Shown here in pieces: positions 1 to 13,145 of a DNA stretch of 64,000 nt (position 1 is its first letter; each line of letters starts with the position of its first letter). The position numbers and the translations under genes are program-made. The notes under the pieces are model-generated. The model was not told the DNA's origin. It saw nothing but the letters and a program-made list of their open reading frames with translations, and searched no databases. Origin of the DNA: Torpedo marmorata (taxonomy: Eukaryota); NCBI GenBank assembly GCA_977017645.1, contig OZ360226.1, positions 165,726,001 to 165,790,000 on the forward strand, in the 5' to 3' direction.

Positions 1-1160
1 AAAGTAGGTGTCTTCTCTCAACTTCCACTGAAGGCCATTAACCTATTTCCGAAGGACATGACGGAAGTCCCGGGAAGTAAGAGGCAAAAGCGTATGATAT
101 TCCATCAGTACTGCACTTGCTTTACTCCTCGCCCCAGAATATTTAGTTTAAATTATTGCACTGAAAGATACGATCTTATATATTTATGCTGGGTTTGATG
201 AACCATCAGGAGAATATTATGTAATTAAAATTAATTTTATGTCAATAGATATTATAGTGATATCTCATTAATTTTGATAAGCTTGCAATTTATCCTGTAT
301 TGTTTCTCTACATTTCCTCATGTGACTGGGCAAATTATACAGCTGTTCTCCGTCAGAGCATCTACGTATCTTAAAACTTAAAGATATGCTAAAAATAGAC
401 TTGAACTTAAGTCGTCTTTGATATTCAACCCTAATGTATCTGTGACCTGTATCCTCCAATCACCAGCTGCTTCAGCTCCTAATTGAAGTTCTCTTTGTTG
501 TTCCTTTTATGTGACGCCATCGGTGTTAAACCAATTCAACCACCAAATTATGCAGTTGACCGGTATCTTTCGAAATTAATATATCTCTAAATCCTTGAGC
601 TGTGCGTATCATATTGCTTTGTATTTGGACAATCTTTTATTCCAGCATCTCATGTTAAATGCGATTATTTAATTTGTTTGTGTTGTTAATCAATATAGGA
701 ACATTTTATTTCCAGAAAATAACTACCCTAAATGTAAAACCTCTTCTTTTCTTTGTTTTGCCGACAGAAAATGTCGAGAAAAAAAATCATGTACAGTATA
801 TCTCAAAAAGTTTGCATAAAGGGTTAAATGCAAGTGTTGCACATTGGTTTTAAGATTAGAGTGTAGTAATATCAGGGTTTCTACAATTAAGCAGAGCTTG
901 TTGAGCTCAATGTTTGCAATACATTTAGAATAGAGTTTTAGTCGTACACAATTTCCTTAGGGTACGCTACGAGGTTGTGACTAGCAGTTTGCGCTGGGAT
1001 CACCATTTGATGGATACTCGCCACTTCAATGTTTTCAGATGTGTGGTTTTCTGAATATGTGATTGCAAGATATTATGTGTTTAAATATCATGTTTATTTA
1101 TTTTGCTGGTTCCGTGCATATATGTTGTTATATGAGCTGTATGCTTATGTGCTATCAGAG

Positions 1161-1439
1161 AGGCCCTTTCACACCGCCGTAAATGTGGGTTAACCGGGCA
1201 ATTTACCCGGTAACACCCGGTAATCGTGCGGGGTGAAACGGGCTCGGAGACATGGGGGGGGGGGTAAATTTCGGAGCCCGGCCGAGTTAACCCGCCAATT
1301 GCCTTCTGGCGGTGTGAAAGGACAAAAGTCTTACCAGGTAAGATTAGTGGAGGCGAGACCCCCCTTAAAATGCCGGGTTGCCGATTTACCAGGTAAGTAA
1401 GGCTGCAGTGTGAAAGGCCCCGGAGGTGCAGCCTTCCCG
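1161..1439. mobile_element. Partial non-autonomous DNA transposon (PIF/Harbinger-like MITE), truncated by assembly gap
   Basis: GC-rich island in AT-rich DNA starting AGGCCCTTTCACAC, with internal inverted copies GTGTGAAAGG (~1312, ~1408) and palindromic sub-repeats; runs into the N gap. Family call rests on terminal motif resemblance only. Confidence 0.45.
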
Positions 1440-1766
1440 NNNNNNNNNNNNNNNNNNNNNNNNNNNNNNNNNNNNNNNNNNNNNNNNNNNNNNNNNNNNN
1501 NNNNNNNNNNNNNNNNNNNNNNNNNNNNNNNNNNNNNNNNNNNNNNNNNNNNNNNNNNNNNNNNNNNNNNNNNNNNNNNNNNNNNNNNNNNNNNNNNNNN
1601 NNNNNNNNNNNNNNNNNNNNNNNNNNNNNNNNNNNNNNNNNNNNNNNNNNNNNNNNNNNNNNNNNNNNNNNNNNNNNNNNNNNNNNNNNNNNNNNNNNNN
1701 NNNNNNNNNNNNNNNNNNNNNNNNNNNNNNNNNNNNNNNNNNNNNNNNNNNNNNNNNNNNNNNNNN
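1440..1766. other. Assembly gap (327 N)
   Basis: Run of N bases. Confidence 1.
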
Positions 1767-2148
1767 AAAACCGTGCAATCTCACAGTGTGAGACACCAGA
1801 AATACAAACCTCTATGCTTCTGAAAACATTAAAGTAAGTAGTGCGTGCTCTTCGAAAGTATGTTCAACGTGTTTTTAATATGATAACTGCTTTCGGTCGT
1901 GTGTGTGTCATGATTCTGCACATTTAACTGAGTGTGGTGTGCTTTTCAGTGTGCACATGTTGATCTTGTCAGTCGTTTGTTTTGAGATTATATGTGTGGC
2001 GCGTATGTACATTGCGTGTCTTTATATGCTTGTATGCGTTTCCATTCAAAGTCTTACCATTTGTCTCTATATAATATGTGTGTGGCCTGAGTGTACGCCG
2101 TATACTTATGTGTGTTAAGGTTTTCGATCTTATATGTTATACTTGCTG

Positions 2149-2184
<36 letters not shown>

Positions 2185-5100
2185 CGATGGTGTTGACTGT
2201 ACGACGTCTACGGAGGAATCGTGCTCACGGAAAAGACACGTTCCGAGCAGCTGTGTTTGTGCCAGTTTTTACAATACCTCGCGGTACCTGCAGGTATTAA
2301 ATGATCATTTGATTCTACATTTGAAAACCTTCTGGAATAAATGTGACTTTGGGCATCAAGAGGTCAAGTACGGCTGCTCAAATATTTTTCTTACAAAATG
2401 ACGGATTTATTAGACAAATAAGTAGCCCGGCTGATGCAAAAACCCCAGTGATTGAATTTTTACGTTAAGTCAACAACAACTCGAACTACATCAGTGCCCC
2501 GAGATTTAGTGATGATAGCTGAGATTACTCAACAAATAGGATTTTGAAATGAACACAGATTTCTGGGGATCTGCTCTGGCACTCTCCTCTTGACATTTTC
2601 TCCACGGTGCCAATCAGCTTCCCTTACCAGTTCTCTCACTGATATACCACTTAGCTGCGAGAGCTTGAGCTTGCCATAAAAGTGTTTAGAAGTTTTAGAT
2701 AATTTATTAACTTTATTTTCAAATGACCGTTAAAGAATTATCTTACAACAAACAATGCCTGCAAAATAACAGATAAATCCAAAGATATCCTTAATATAAC
2801 CATTCTGCCTTCATTATCTGGTTGTACACGTGCATTCTCATTTTATGGTCCAGTGTAATTTTTTTGTGACGTGCCGTTGATTGAATTTAAAAATAAGACT
2901 TTAAAACACGTGACCGAAACCACGTTATCCGCTTGCCTTTCATATTTTGCACATTCTTGGGAGCTTTTTGCTCGAACGATGATAGCGACCGCTGCAAAAA
3001 AATTTTTAACATCTTAGAGGTCCAAAAAAAAAGTGCATTGAACGCATTTTGTTGTTCACTTATTTTTGTTGGATTGAAGTCGAACACATCCGACACCAAG
3101 AGATTGGCTTGGAAATGTTGGGGGGAAAAGAACTGACCGCGGTGCTGAAATCTCTCTCCTGTTTGTTGGGCTACCTTTCAAATCAGATAAAATATTTCAG
3201 ATTGCTAAATGCAAAAAAAAAAGCCGTCTGATTCGTGTTCATTCCTGTCCGATGTGCTAGTAGCAAATAATATGTAAGACCTAATAAATCCAGCTGGCAT
3301 TCGCTATATAACCTCATGCAGAAATAATTATTGTACTGCCCCGCTGATGTCAAAAGGCCTCTTCGTCTCATCTGTCATGAAACCAATTTCACTTTATTTA
3401 CATCCATTTGGTAGTTTAATTACTGTGCTGATGAATAGCCTAAAGGAATTAAGTTACGATTCCTTAGAAACCCGAATCGACAGATATATGGGGTTTTTTT
3501 TCGATAAGGAGTGAAAAGCTGTTTGCTTGCATTCATGAAAATCAGACAGAGATGCACAGAGTGTCTCTGTTAGTGAAACTCTTCCTCCCTGCTCCTGGAA
3601 CTTTAAGTGGTTGTTATATTCCTCACATGTTCGACCGGTTAGGCGGGGGAAGCAAACAAACTTAGTCCACTCTTTTCCAACATCTCTCATTGCTATCCAT
3701 TGACTTTATAAAACCCATGCGACAGTTGGATTTTTAAAAATGTATCAATGAACTTAGAAACGAGACCATTGAGGAGCTATTACATTAGCAAATCAATCTG
3801 TAATTAACAAATATGAGTTGGTTGAAGAGACCCGGGAACAACGACGGAGTAGCTTCTATTTCTCAATATCTGTGTAATTCGCCCATTTCTAAACCACATG
3901 ACCGTTACAAGAAAAACCTGAAAAAGTTGTTGAAACAATGCGCTACTATGTTTAAGTAACGTCTTGCTGAATATCTGCAAATATAAAAGGTCAGGTTGTT
4001 CTGCTTATTTTAAACTGTGAATTTCTTGTGTCCGTTGGCGTTAGCTGTGTTGTTGGCGATATTCTGAAATAAAGAGGGGTTTTGTGAGTAAGGTCTGAAC
4101 TCATTTCAATTAGTATAACTTCGGTGGCGTTTCTAACAGGGCCAAGTTAGGTTTGATGTAAATCTGGTAATGTTCCAGTCATAAAATTGAGATCATTTTG
4201 AAATAAAGCACGCGATGGGCGCTGACTTTCCCCGGAGATTACTAGAATCGACTACGCGTCGCATCCCAAGAGTATTTGGAAAACTTACATTGCTCTTTGC
4301 CACACCCACTACGACAAAATCGTCCAACAGTTCGATAATACGTTATATATCTTTCTCAGGGATTCTTTGACATGGAAATATGAATTCGAGAATAAATTGC
4401 AATTTACTTCTCAATTTCGTTTCATACAAGTTAAATTCTTGCCACAGCGTTGCACAATCCGTGATACTTTACCACCTGGATGACACAATAATGTCTCCTC
4501 ATATGTAGCCTCTTCATGAGCACAATTAATTCAATTACTTAACGGCGTATTTATGTTGGAGATGTTGTCAAGTGCCAGACATCAGCTCACGGCCTTATAC
4601 TTTGCAGCAGGCAGGAAGAAACGTTAAATAATTAAGGAAACTAACATCCTATTAAAATTATAGTTTCGTAGCTTCGAGCATTTATTGGGTTCAATGTCAT
4701 GTGTAAATAAGAATCGAAACTGTAAAGATGGTCACACCATTATGGAGGTGGGAGTGGTGTTGTAGTGACCACTAAAGGCCGCTGGTCATCTTTCAGAATA
4801 CTCTGCTCTGTTTGCTTTGAAAGGGTCGTTTTTGTTTTACACACTTTCTCTCTCTCGCTCTCTCTCTCTGAGGTTCACTGATCATTTTGGGAGGTGCTGG
4901 CATGGTTAAAAAAGGTGGGCTGGCTGGTGGTTCTGGTGTGTTTCCTTTTGATTAATAGATACATGTGGCAAACGGCCCGACATATGGTGTGCGAAGCAGC
5001 TTGAAATGGTACCTTAGGCATCCCCTACGGCGATTAACATATTAGAGGCTTTTGTGCAGTCAGACAGTCAGACTTCATCTTCTGTATGCCTCGTAAAGTC

Positions 5101-7972
5101 AGAGCACCAGAGCTGTTTGATAGGCTTTCAATAATGCATTACTGCCAATGACAGACTTATACTTAAAGGGATCGCAGCGATAATGTCTTTTATATATATA
5201 TATATATATATTTTAAAAATCACTTTAAAAAGGAGGTTCAAAGAGTTGAGTGAAACTGCTATCTCCAACTCTTCTTGTAGAATTTCAAACTTCAAATGAG
5301 ACTGCCATATAAATCTTGTTGTTTAGATGCTCTGCACAAATTTATGTAGTATGGAATGCAGTGGTGACACTTTTCAATGAGGACCTGAGCATGTCAACAA
5401 GCATCTGACTACATTGCAACTGCACTTTCTGATGTTATTTCAGAACCATTGTAATGTTGCTTTAGTCTGGAATTCCTTTAAAGTTAGTTAAACGGCAGTC
5501 GATGTGTTGCTGTTAACATTTACCTTGGTCGTTGTTTATTCTGATTGATTGAGGATAAAACGGCAGGATGTTGGAGACACACACACACACACACCGTTAT
5601 AGGGGGGAGAGAGAGAGAGATCCTGCCGTTTAATCTTCGAAGATAGTATGTATGGAGATGGAACCTCAACTGGTGGCCCATATCATTAGAATATTTTCCA
5701 CAAAAATAATGAAAATATTATAATTAATAGTAGTCTAAATTATATTCTCTGTTTTGTAATCCATTCGCCTTCAATTCTCCTGCTATTCGCTCAGGACTGT
5801 TTGAGTTGCTGGGGCATATTATAGAAATACCTGCTAATACGATACAAAGCAACAAAAAAAAGCCTTCTCAAAAGCTACTTGCTCAATAATTTTCAATGAG
5901 AGCGAAATGGTCCAGTTCCTTTTGTGCCTTATTCTAACTTCAGCAGCCAGATAACAATGTTCCTTCGATGTTAAATCTACATCCCTATAGGAGAACTGTG
6001 GGTGTTGTTAAAATTTAGAGATTGGTTTGGTTCTCACCAAAGAAAACCAATGTTTATGTGGCAATGATATACGCTGGTCCTCACAATGGGAATGGGCGAG
6101 GGGGTGGGAGTGAAATGCAAGCCGTCATCTACTTTTTCGAAAAATAGCAAGACGGGGCAATGCATTCATTTTAGTTCCATTTATTGGATGATAAATATAG
6201 ATATTTTAGCTAAATATTATACCAGGCATAAATGGCACCGGTCTGTGCAAAATATTCCACTAAACTCAATCGTATTCTATCGCAATTTTCAAACAAAAAA
6301 AGTTTTGTTAACTTTTGAATTAGCTGTTTCGGTCATTTTCACGAATCAGTTGCTACTGTTGCAATTTTGCAACTTTGGCAACCTGCAGTTTCTTCCATCT
6401 TCATTGCTGACTTTCGCCTGCTTCGCGTATCCTTCGTGGGTAAAACGCGCAGAAGGCATTGATAAAGTCTCGTCTTATTTCATCGGATTTCACGCTTTCA
6501 AATATAGATGCGACTATGCCTACTGTCCCGTCAACATTTGAACCCACTAGCATTCGCTGTACATCTGGTACCACGAAGTATCGGATGAGGTGACTGGAAT
6601 ACCAAGTCGTGGTGAATTATTTTATTTAACTTTGGTTTTTTTTAAAAATCTCATCGTCACAACGTACAATATGGCGAGTTTGTAAAAGAAAACCCAGTTG
6701 GTCATGATCTATAATAGACAATTAAGACAAAGTAAATGTCCTTACCCCATAAACGTGTCTTTTTCTTGGCAGGCAAACATCAGACAATAGCAATAAATAT
6801 GGCATTTTGTCAGGGAAATGCCGCCGCTCTGGCTCTTTTCGTCGGCTCACTGATAAGAAAAATCCGAATGCTGCTTGAAAATATTGCATGTTACAGTATA
6901 TCACTAAAGGCGATTAATATTACATTAACTGTATTTAACACTTTTAACCGCGCATTATTTCGGTATGGACTGAATTCATTTATTGAGACAGAAACTGTTG
7001 AGATGTCAATATTCATAAAACATATATTAAAAATCCCAACAATTTGGCTGCAATACATAGGAAAGGGTCTGAAACGTTCCATTTGGCATGCCTCTCCCCC
7101 ACTCTCCCCACCCCTTAAACTCCCATAATCTGTAATCACCTCTTTGATGTGGAAAATATCATGCTAATGTTACAGTTACATTATTCTGACACAGTCCCGG
7201 GACACAGGGGTCTCGGGCTTCATTAAATGTTTATTGTCAGTACCTGACTGCCTGAGAATTCCTTGTGTAAATGAATTTCCCGTAGACTGATCAAACAACG
7301 AATAAATGTAAAATGAACCCTGTGTTTCGAGTGTAGTTAATCCAATTTATAAAACCACAGCGTGTCAAGTCAAAACAAAATTAAGAAGCAATAATATTGT
7401 AAGGATTATAACTGGGTAAATATAAGTTTTAAAATATATAATGGCCAGGCATGGCACAATTCTTATCCCATTTGCAGGTGGTCTTCACTGGATTGACCTC
7501 TGACACTGCCATCTAGTGTTGATTTTACATTGTCATTGATTCAACAAAAGCCACTCGGAATCTTAGCTGTCAGCATACAAAAGCTGTAAAAATCTACTGT
7601 GGAGATAGCTAGTGAGTGGGTTCATAGACTTGAATTGATTCGGAGTGGTTATTACTTTTACAAGGGTATAATCGGTGTCATGTTTTATCTGTGATATCCA
7701 CCTAGTAATGGCAGAGGCGACTGAAAATCAAGAATTGTTCGTTCAATCGTTAAACATTTGCAGCATGTTTTTTTTAAAAACACTGTCAGCAACTTACAAA
7801 TGCATCATTCCAGGAGTCAAATGCAACCATTCCAGAAAGTCGAAGGAATTATGCGGAGTTATAAATCCTTGAACAAATTAATGTTTTCAGTGTATTTCAG
7901 AAAAAAATGATTATGTCTATTTCTACTGTTGATTTGCGGTCTTGCTCATCAGTCAATTTTGATCACAATGGC

Positions 7973-8207
7973 TTTGACTGCGTGTGTGTGTGTGTGTGTG
8001 TGTTTTGACTGCGTGTGTGTGTGCGTGTGTGTTTTGACTGCGTGTGTGTGTGTGTGTTTTGACTGCGTGTGTGTGTGCGTGTGTGTTTTGACTGCGTGTG
8101 TGTATGTGCGTGTGTGTTTTGACTGCGTGTGTGTGTGCGTGTGTGTGTTTGACTGTGTGTGTGTTTTGACAGCGTGTGTGTGTTTTGACTATGTGTGTGT
8201 GTGTGTG
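7973..8207 (+). repeat. Compound mini/microsatellite: about 9 units of TTTGACTGCG followed by (TG)n of variable length
   Basis: Directly visible repeated TTTGAC anchors separated by TG tracts. Confidence 0.95.
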
Positions 8208-11200
8208 TCTTGTGCAAATTTCCAATTTAAATTATTTTTCAGTCTATGTTTGTGAAAGAGAGAGTTAGTGTTGGTGGAGTTGAGTGAAAGATTGTCTGTT
8301 TTGGAGGCAAAATTCCCATCTTACATTTAACATCAATTTTGATGTTTATTTTCTAACTTTAAAGCAAGTCCAAACGTCGCCGAGACAGAGAAAGGGAATA
8401 AATTTGGTCTTAAATGTAATTTAAAAAACGTTGTAAATTAAATAAAAGTCAAAGTGGTTAAAAGTCTACAGGGAAATTTTTTTATCAAAGCAGATTTTCT
8501 TTTCAAAGAGGGGTTTTACAGCGTGCCACACAACAAAGCTGTCGTGACAACAATTACCAAAGTTTTAATTAGCCTCTTGTCATCGTTCGCCTTATTAATT
8601 TGTTGAATCTCCCAACATGAATTATTTACAGTGCATTGCAATTACATTTGTTAGGAAGATCTGGCATTAAAAAACAAAACGCAGATATGCAAGCATATTC
8701 GGGGCGGGAAGATATGCTGCTTCTTTAGTGACTATGTTATTACTGGGGAAATATTTTAATTAATAATGATTATATCTCGTGCGAGTATGCTTTCATATGT
8801 TAGAGAATCTCAAAATTTAAGTCGCATCTTGCATAATGGAGACATTTTTCAATTTAAAATGATTATGATATGCAATCTTATTAAACTCCTAACAAATTAC
8901 TACATCATAACATGTGTTTTACTGCGGAATTATGCGAATTTTCTGCTTCAAATTCAAGAGATAATCGTATTAAAAACAATTTAATGGCCGAACACTCACG
9001 TGACCACATTAGCGGCAAAGCTGCAATTCAAGGGAATTGTTTCAAAGGTAATTTAAACTGGGGTTTCTTCAGGCAACGTCCATGGTTTCTGAAATAAACC
9101 TCGGTTACTCTGCAGCACTGGCGCGTTTATCTTGTTGAAGCAGTAGAGGAATTAGCCAAGGTATCAGACAAGAAGAAAATCAATAGGATCATGGCAGTGA
9201 ATGTCTATTATTCATTTATGATGGTTTAATATAAGTTGAAACCAATTGCTGAACAAGTGCTACATGCGAATTCCATAATTCTCACGTTATTCCTTGTAGA
9301 TTGTAACCTGTTGTTATCTGCAATGTGCGCCATGTTAAAGGCAATAAAGAGTAGTTGTTGCAGAAATACTTATCAGTTCATTTCTTTTCACCCCGGGGAG
9401 AGAGAGGCAAGATCACAACAGTTAGAAGTTAATGGAGGCAAACAACAGAGCCGGCAGATGTTAACTCAATATATTCGTGGAGAAGGAACTTCAGTTGTTA
9501 TACCCCGTTGTGTTTTCGTATTTTTGTTTAAGATAATATATTGCTGGGAATGAAATTAATCCAGGAAGTATCAAGTTCCATTAAAACACAGTCGTAGTAT
9601 TTCCCAACTACATTATAATTCAACGTAGACTGTGTTATTTTCGATTTGTATTACATTGGGAAAATATTATTAAGCATGCATTTTTTAAATATTGGTTTGA
9701 TCCTATGCCTATTATTATAATTTAAATTATTGTATGGAGTTATGGGGTCTTACCAATACAACAGCTTTGAGGGATTAAATGTAGGCAATCCATTTACGTA
9801 TATAAATGACGGATGACGTTATACTTATTTCAGTTTTTCCGTTAATTCACAAATAATGATTTCAACATTGGTGCCTTGCCAGAACTGGACAGAAAATGTA
9901 GATCGGAGACTTCAGATCTAACATATGCGTTTACAACCACCAGTCTGAGGAAGATCAGTGGGATTAAGTGAGATACATCCGTATACTTACTTATTATAAA
10001 TGTGCTTGGCTCTTCTATTTAAAGTGTCAAACAATATCAGAACCCAAAACGGTTCTAGCTGAGACCCAAACTGTAAAGTGTCCCTCTAGTGCAGTAGGTG
10101 GCATCACAAACGTGCTTCATGTTGTCCCTATGAGCTGCGAGCGTTACGATAGGGAATGCATAACACCGTGGGTTAAAATACGTTGGGGGGTTTTATTTTG
10201 AGTTACTACTCTGCTCATAAATGCAAAACGCATGTGTACCAATTTGGAGACGGTTAAAACGTGTATAAACTTCTGGAAACAATTTTCGTATGGATATATC
10301 TGTTCAATGATTAATTCGGATATCCACAACTAAGAATTAATTTAAATTGCTCCAACTTTCTACCGTTTGCATGTTCCCCTCTGCTGCCTATAGTCAAGGT
10401 TTACAGTATGAAGATAAAACTTAAGAAACGAGTTTCTTATAATGTGGATGCCTTAAGTGGCTGACTCCAATCTTGTGGACTTTTTTTTAACATCTAAGCT
10501 CAAGGTTTACCAAAATTAAGTAAGAAATGTTACACCTGTAAACAGACATCTGTTTCCTTTTTTTCTTTATTAGTAAATGTGCGAAGACACATCTCCCTGT
10601 TGTATTTGGCTTACAGAAATAATTTAAATAAATAAGTAAATAAATTTTAAAAACACAATTCAGGAGAAAGCTTGGCAAATATACATTGGACAGGGATTGA
10701 CTTAAAGTGAGACACTTTTATGCGTGATGCACACGTGGCTGCGGTTTGTAAACACACATGTGCGGAAATTATAAAGTTATTTACAATAAACACCTATGTA
10801 CAATTATTATAAACAGGGTCGGAATGTTGTGTCTAGTGAAAACAGGCAGTTAACAGTGAAATCACACTATCCACAAGGTCTATCAAGCTACTTCTATAGT
10901 GTTCATTTCAGTTCCAATGCATAGAATGTTTGCGCTGCAAACGAATAATAAAACATTTTTGTATTGAATCCATAGGCGCCAAATTCGGTATCCATCCTCA
11001 GCTCATGCAGTTATTTTGCCTCTGCGCACGTATTTTAGATGCCCATAAAGGAGATATTCCTACCCAAAACAGAATCAATAATTTAGTGTGAATATTTTAT
11101 GCGCAAACGTTTGGTAGTTCTATATCAAGCTTGGATGCAAGCATCGCTTGGAATTTTGATCGTAAACCATAATACACTGACATGTTTTCCAACCAGTACA

Positions 11201-12146
11201 ATATACTAACTTCTGCAACATATTTTAGTGCAATTACCAAAACGGAGTGCCGACAGCTAACGCCTGTAACATTTCACGAAAAAGGGTGATTTGCTCAGCA
11301 TGCAGACCTTTGGAAACGATTATCACTGTAAAATGTCAATTGTGTGATTATTTTTTTATCTTTTTCTCTTTTTCTTAAGAATCCAAAATAAATAATAATG
11401 ACGCTATAACTTGATCTGAATAAATACTGTTTCAAACAGCAAATCAAGTCAGATTATCCACAAAGCACTGCAGGTCTGTGCTGTGATTCCCTTGAAGGAA
11501 TGTTGTACTTGGGAAAACTATACTCCTATAGTGCCCTTAATTTATACTCGAATGTAAAGAGTCACAAGATCATTTTCGTGCCGTTGTCAGATCTGCCTGA
11601 GGTTTCTTTTTATACAGCTGAAGCATTTGCCTTCTGACACTCAGAAGGACAGTTTTAAAACGCATCAAATTCGCTGGGTTGGAGAGTAACCAAAACGCGT
11701 CTGAGTAAATATAAACGAATAAAATAAAATGAACTACAGTTTCAACAAAATATAGTGAAGACGGGTGACATAACAGGAGGTGACTGAACATCAATCAACT
11801 TTCCTTCAAATGTTGCCTTCTTAACAAGATAGGGACCAAGCTGATCGACAGTTGTTATCTATCAACAGGGCGAACTGATTTACCTGTGATTTGCATACTT
11901 CACCAATAACGTGAAAAAAACAAACATAAACATCACGATGCCTCGAAAACCGGCGATTTTGGCATGGTGTTCATTAAACGCGTTTCTGCCTTTGCAAATC
12001 TCCGCTCGCTCCGCTACACAGTCCTGGACTCAAGTCTGGAGTCAATGGAAAGGAACAACTGTTCCTGGCGCGACCCTCCCTTAGCAATTGTCCGCTGCTA
12101 AACTAAGTCAGCCAAGCAAAGGGTGATTCCCCGCTGTCGCTTGCGG

Positions 12147-13145
12147 CTAGTGGTTGGCAGAAAATTTCATCCGTTTCTGCTTCTGTCTTTGATTGCAAAA
12201 CCATACCCTGACCACGTTCTTTTTCAGGTCCAGTTTCTCAGCGATTGCCGCGATCTTTTCAGAGGACGGTCGAGGTTGCACGGCGAAGTAAGCTTCCAAG
12301 GAGCGCTTCTCTGGGGCGGCGATGGACGTCCTTTTACGCTTCTTCTCGCCGCCGTTGAAGAGGTCGGGCTTGCTGAGTTTCTCGCGGTGAGCACCCTCCG
12401 CCTCTTCCAGCCATGCTTGTAGAATAGGCTTCAGAGCGATCATGTTATTGTGGGAAAGGGTCAGCGACTCGAACCTGCAGATGGTGCTCTGGCTGAGCGA
12501 CCCTACACCCGGGATCTTCAAGTTAGCCAGGGCCGAGCCCACATCGGCCTGTGTCACGCCCAGCTTGATCCGCCTCTGCTTGAAGCGCTCGGCAAAAGCT
12601 TCCAGCTCCCGCGGGTCGGCGTCCACGTCGTTAAGGGCGGGCATGCCGGGGCCCACGCCGTGAGCCGCCAGCCCATGAGGGTGCGGGGTCATGTTCAGAG
12701 CGCTCTGGTGGTGAGGGTGGTGGTGATGGTGATGGGGGTGCGGGCTGCTGAGGTGACCCAGGCCGTGCATATGTGCCGGGTGCGAGTGAGACGAGGTAGG
12801 CACCACCCCTGCTTCTCCGCTGCCGGCCCCGGCTCCGGCCATGGCCCCGGCTAAGCTCAGCGAGGAGGTGCTCAGATGATCGAGAAGTTCTCCGGGGTCC
12901 AGGGTTTGGTGAGGCTGGTGGTGGTGGTGGTGGTGATGGTGATGGTGCGAGGACAACGCGGACGGGTGCGGCAGCGGCGCGGTCGAGGTAGAAGTGCATG
13001 GCACGCTGTTCATGTTGTGGTAGGTGGCATCCGGTTTGAACGGGTGGCTCTTGCCTTGGGACACGGCGATATCCACGGCAGCCAGAGCTTCCGCGCGGGC
13101 CAGGAGAGTTTCATCCAAGCTGGCGAAGATGTTGCTCTGCAGTTG
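12147..13145 (-). CDS. POU4F1: POU class 4 homeobox 1 (Brn3a), coding exon 2: POU-IV box end, His tracts, POU-specific domain and homeodomain
   Basis: Acceptor ...cctggtAG|CAA CTG CAG AGC gives QLQSNIFASLDETLLARAEALAAVDIAVSQGKSHPFKPDATYH, which is POU4F1-type. POU-specific domain DPRELEAFAERFKQRRIKLG...; homeodomain KKRKRTSIAAPEKRSLEAYF...VRVWFCNQRQKQKRMK; TAG stop at 12149-12147. Adjacent to OBI1 in the same orientation. Confidence 0.96.
   Translation of the reverse strand, partial: QLQSNIFASLDETLLARAEALAAVDIAVSQGKSHPFKPDATYHNMNSVPCTSTSTAPLPHPSALSSHHHHHHHHHHQPHQTLDPGELLDHLSTSSLSLAGAMAGAGAGSGEAGVVPTSSHSHPAHMHGLGHLSSPHPHHHHHHPHHQSALNMTPHPHGLAAHGVGPGMPALNDVDADPRELEAFAERFKQRRIKLGVTQADVGSALANLKIPGVGSLSQSTICRFESLTLSHNNMIALKPILQAWLEEAEGAHREKLSKPDLFNGGEKKRKRTSIAAPEKRSLEAYFAVQPRPSSEKIAAIAEKLDLKKNVVRVWFCNQRQKQKRMKFSANH

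Noticed and set aside
1386-1823. Three ORFs of 121-137 aa
   Set aside because: They are open only because they span the N gap.
6086-7139. ORFs of 130-151 aa downstream of POU4F1
   Set aside because: Low-information AT-rich translations with no domain similarity or splice support.
7929-8255. CV-rich and HT-rich ORFs
   Set aside because: Translations of the (TG)n compound repeat.
10190-10575. Candidate POU4F1 polyadenylation signals (TTTATT on plus at ~10192 and ~10566)
   Set aside because: Several equally plausible hexamers in AT-rich DNA; the 3' end cannot be chosen without transcript data.
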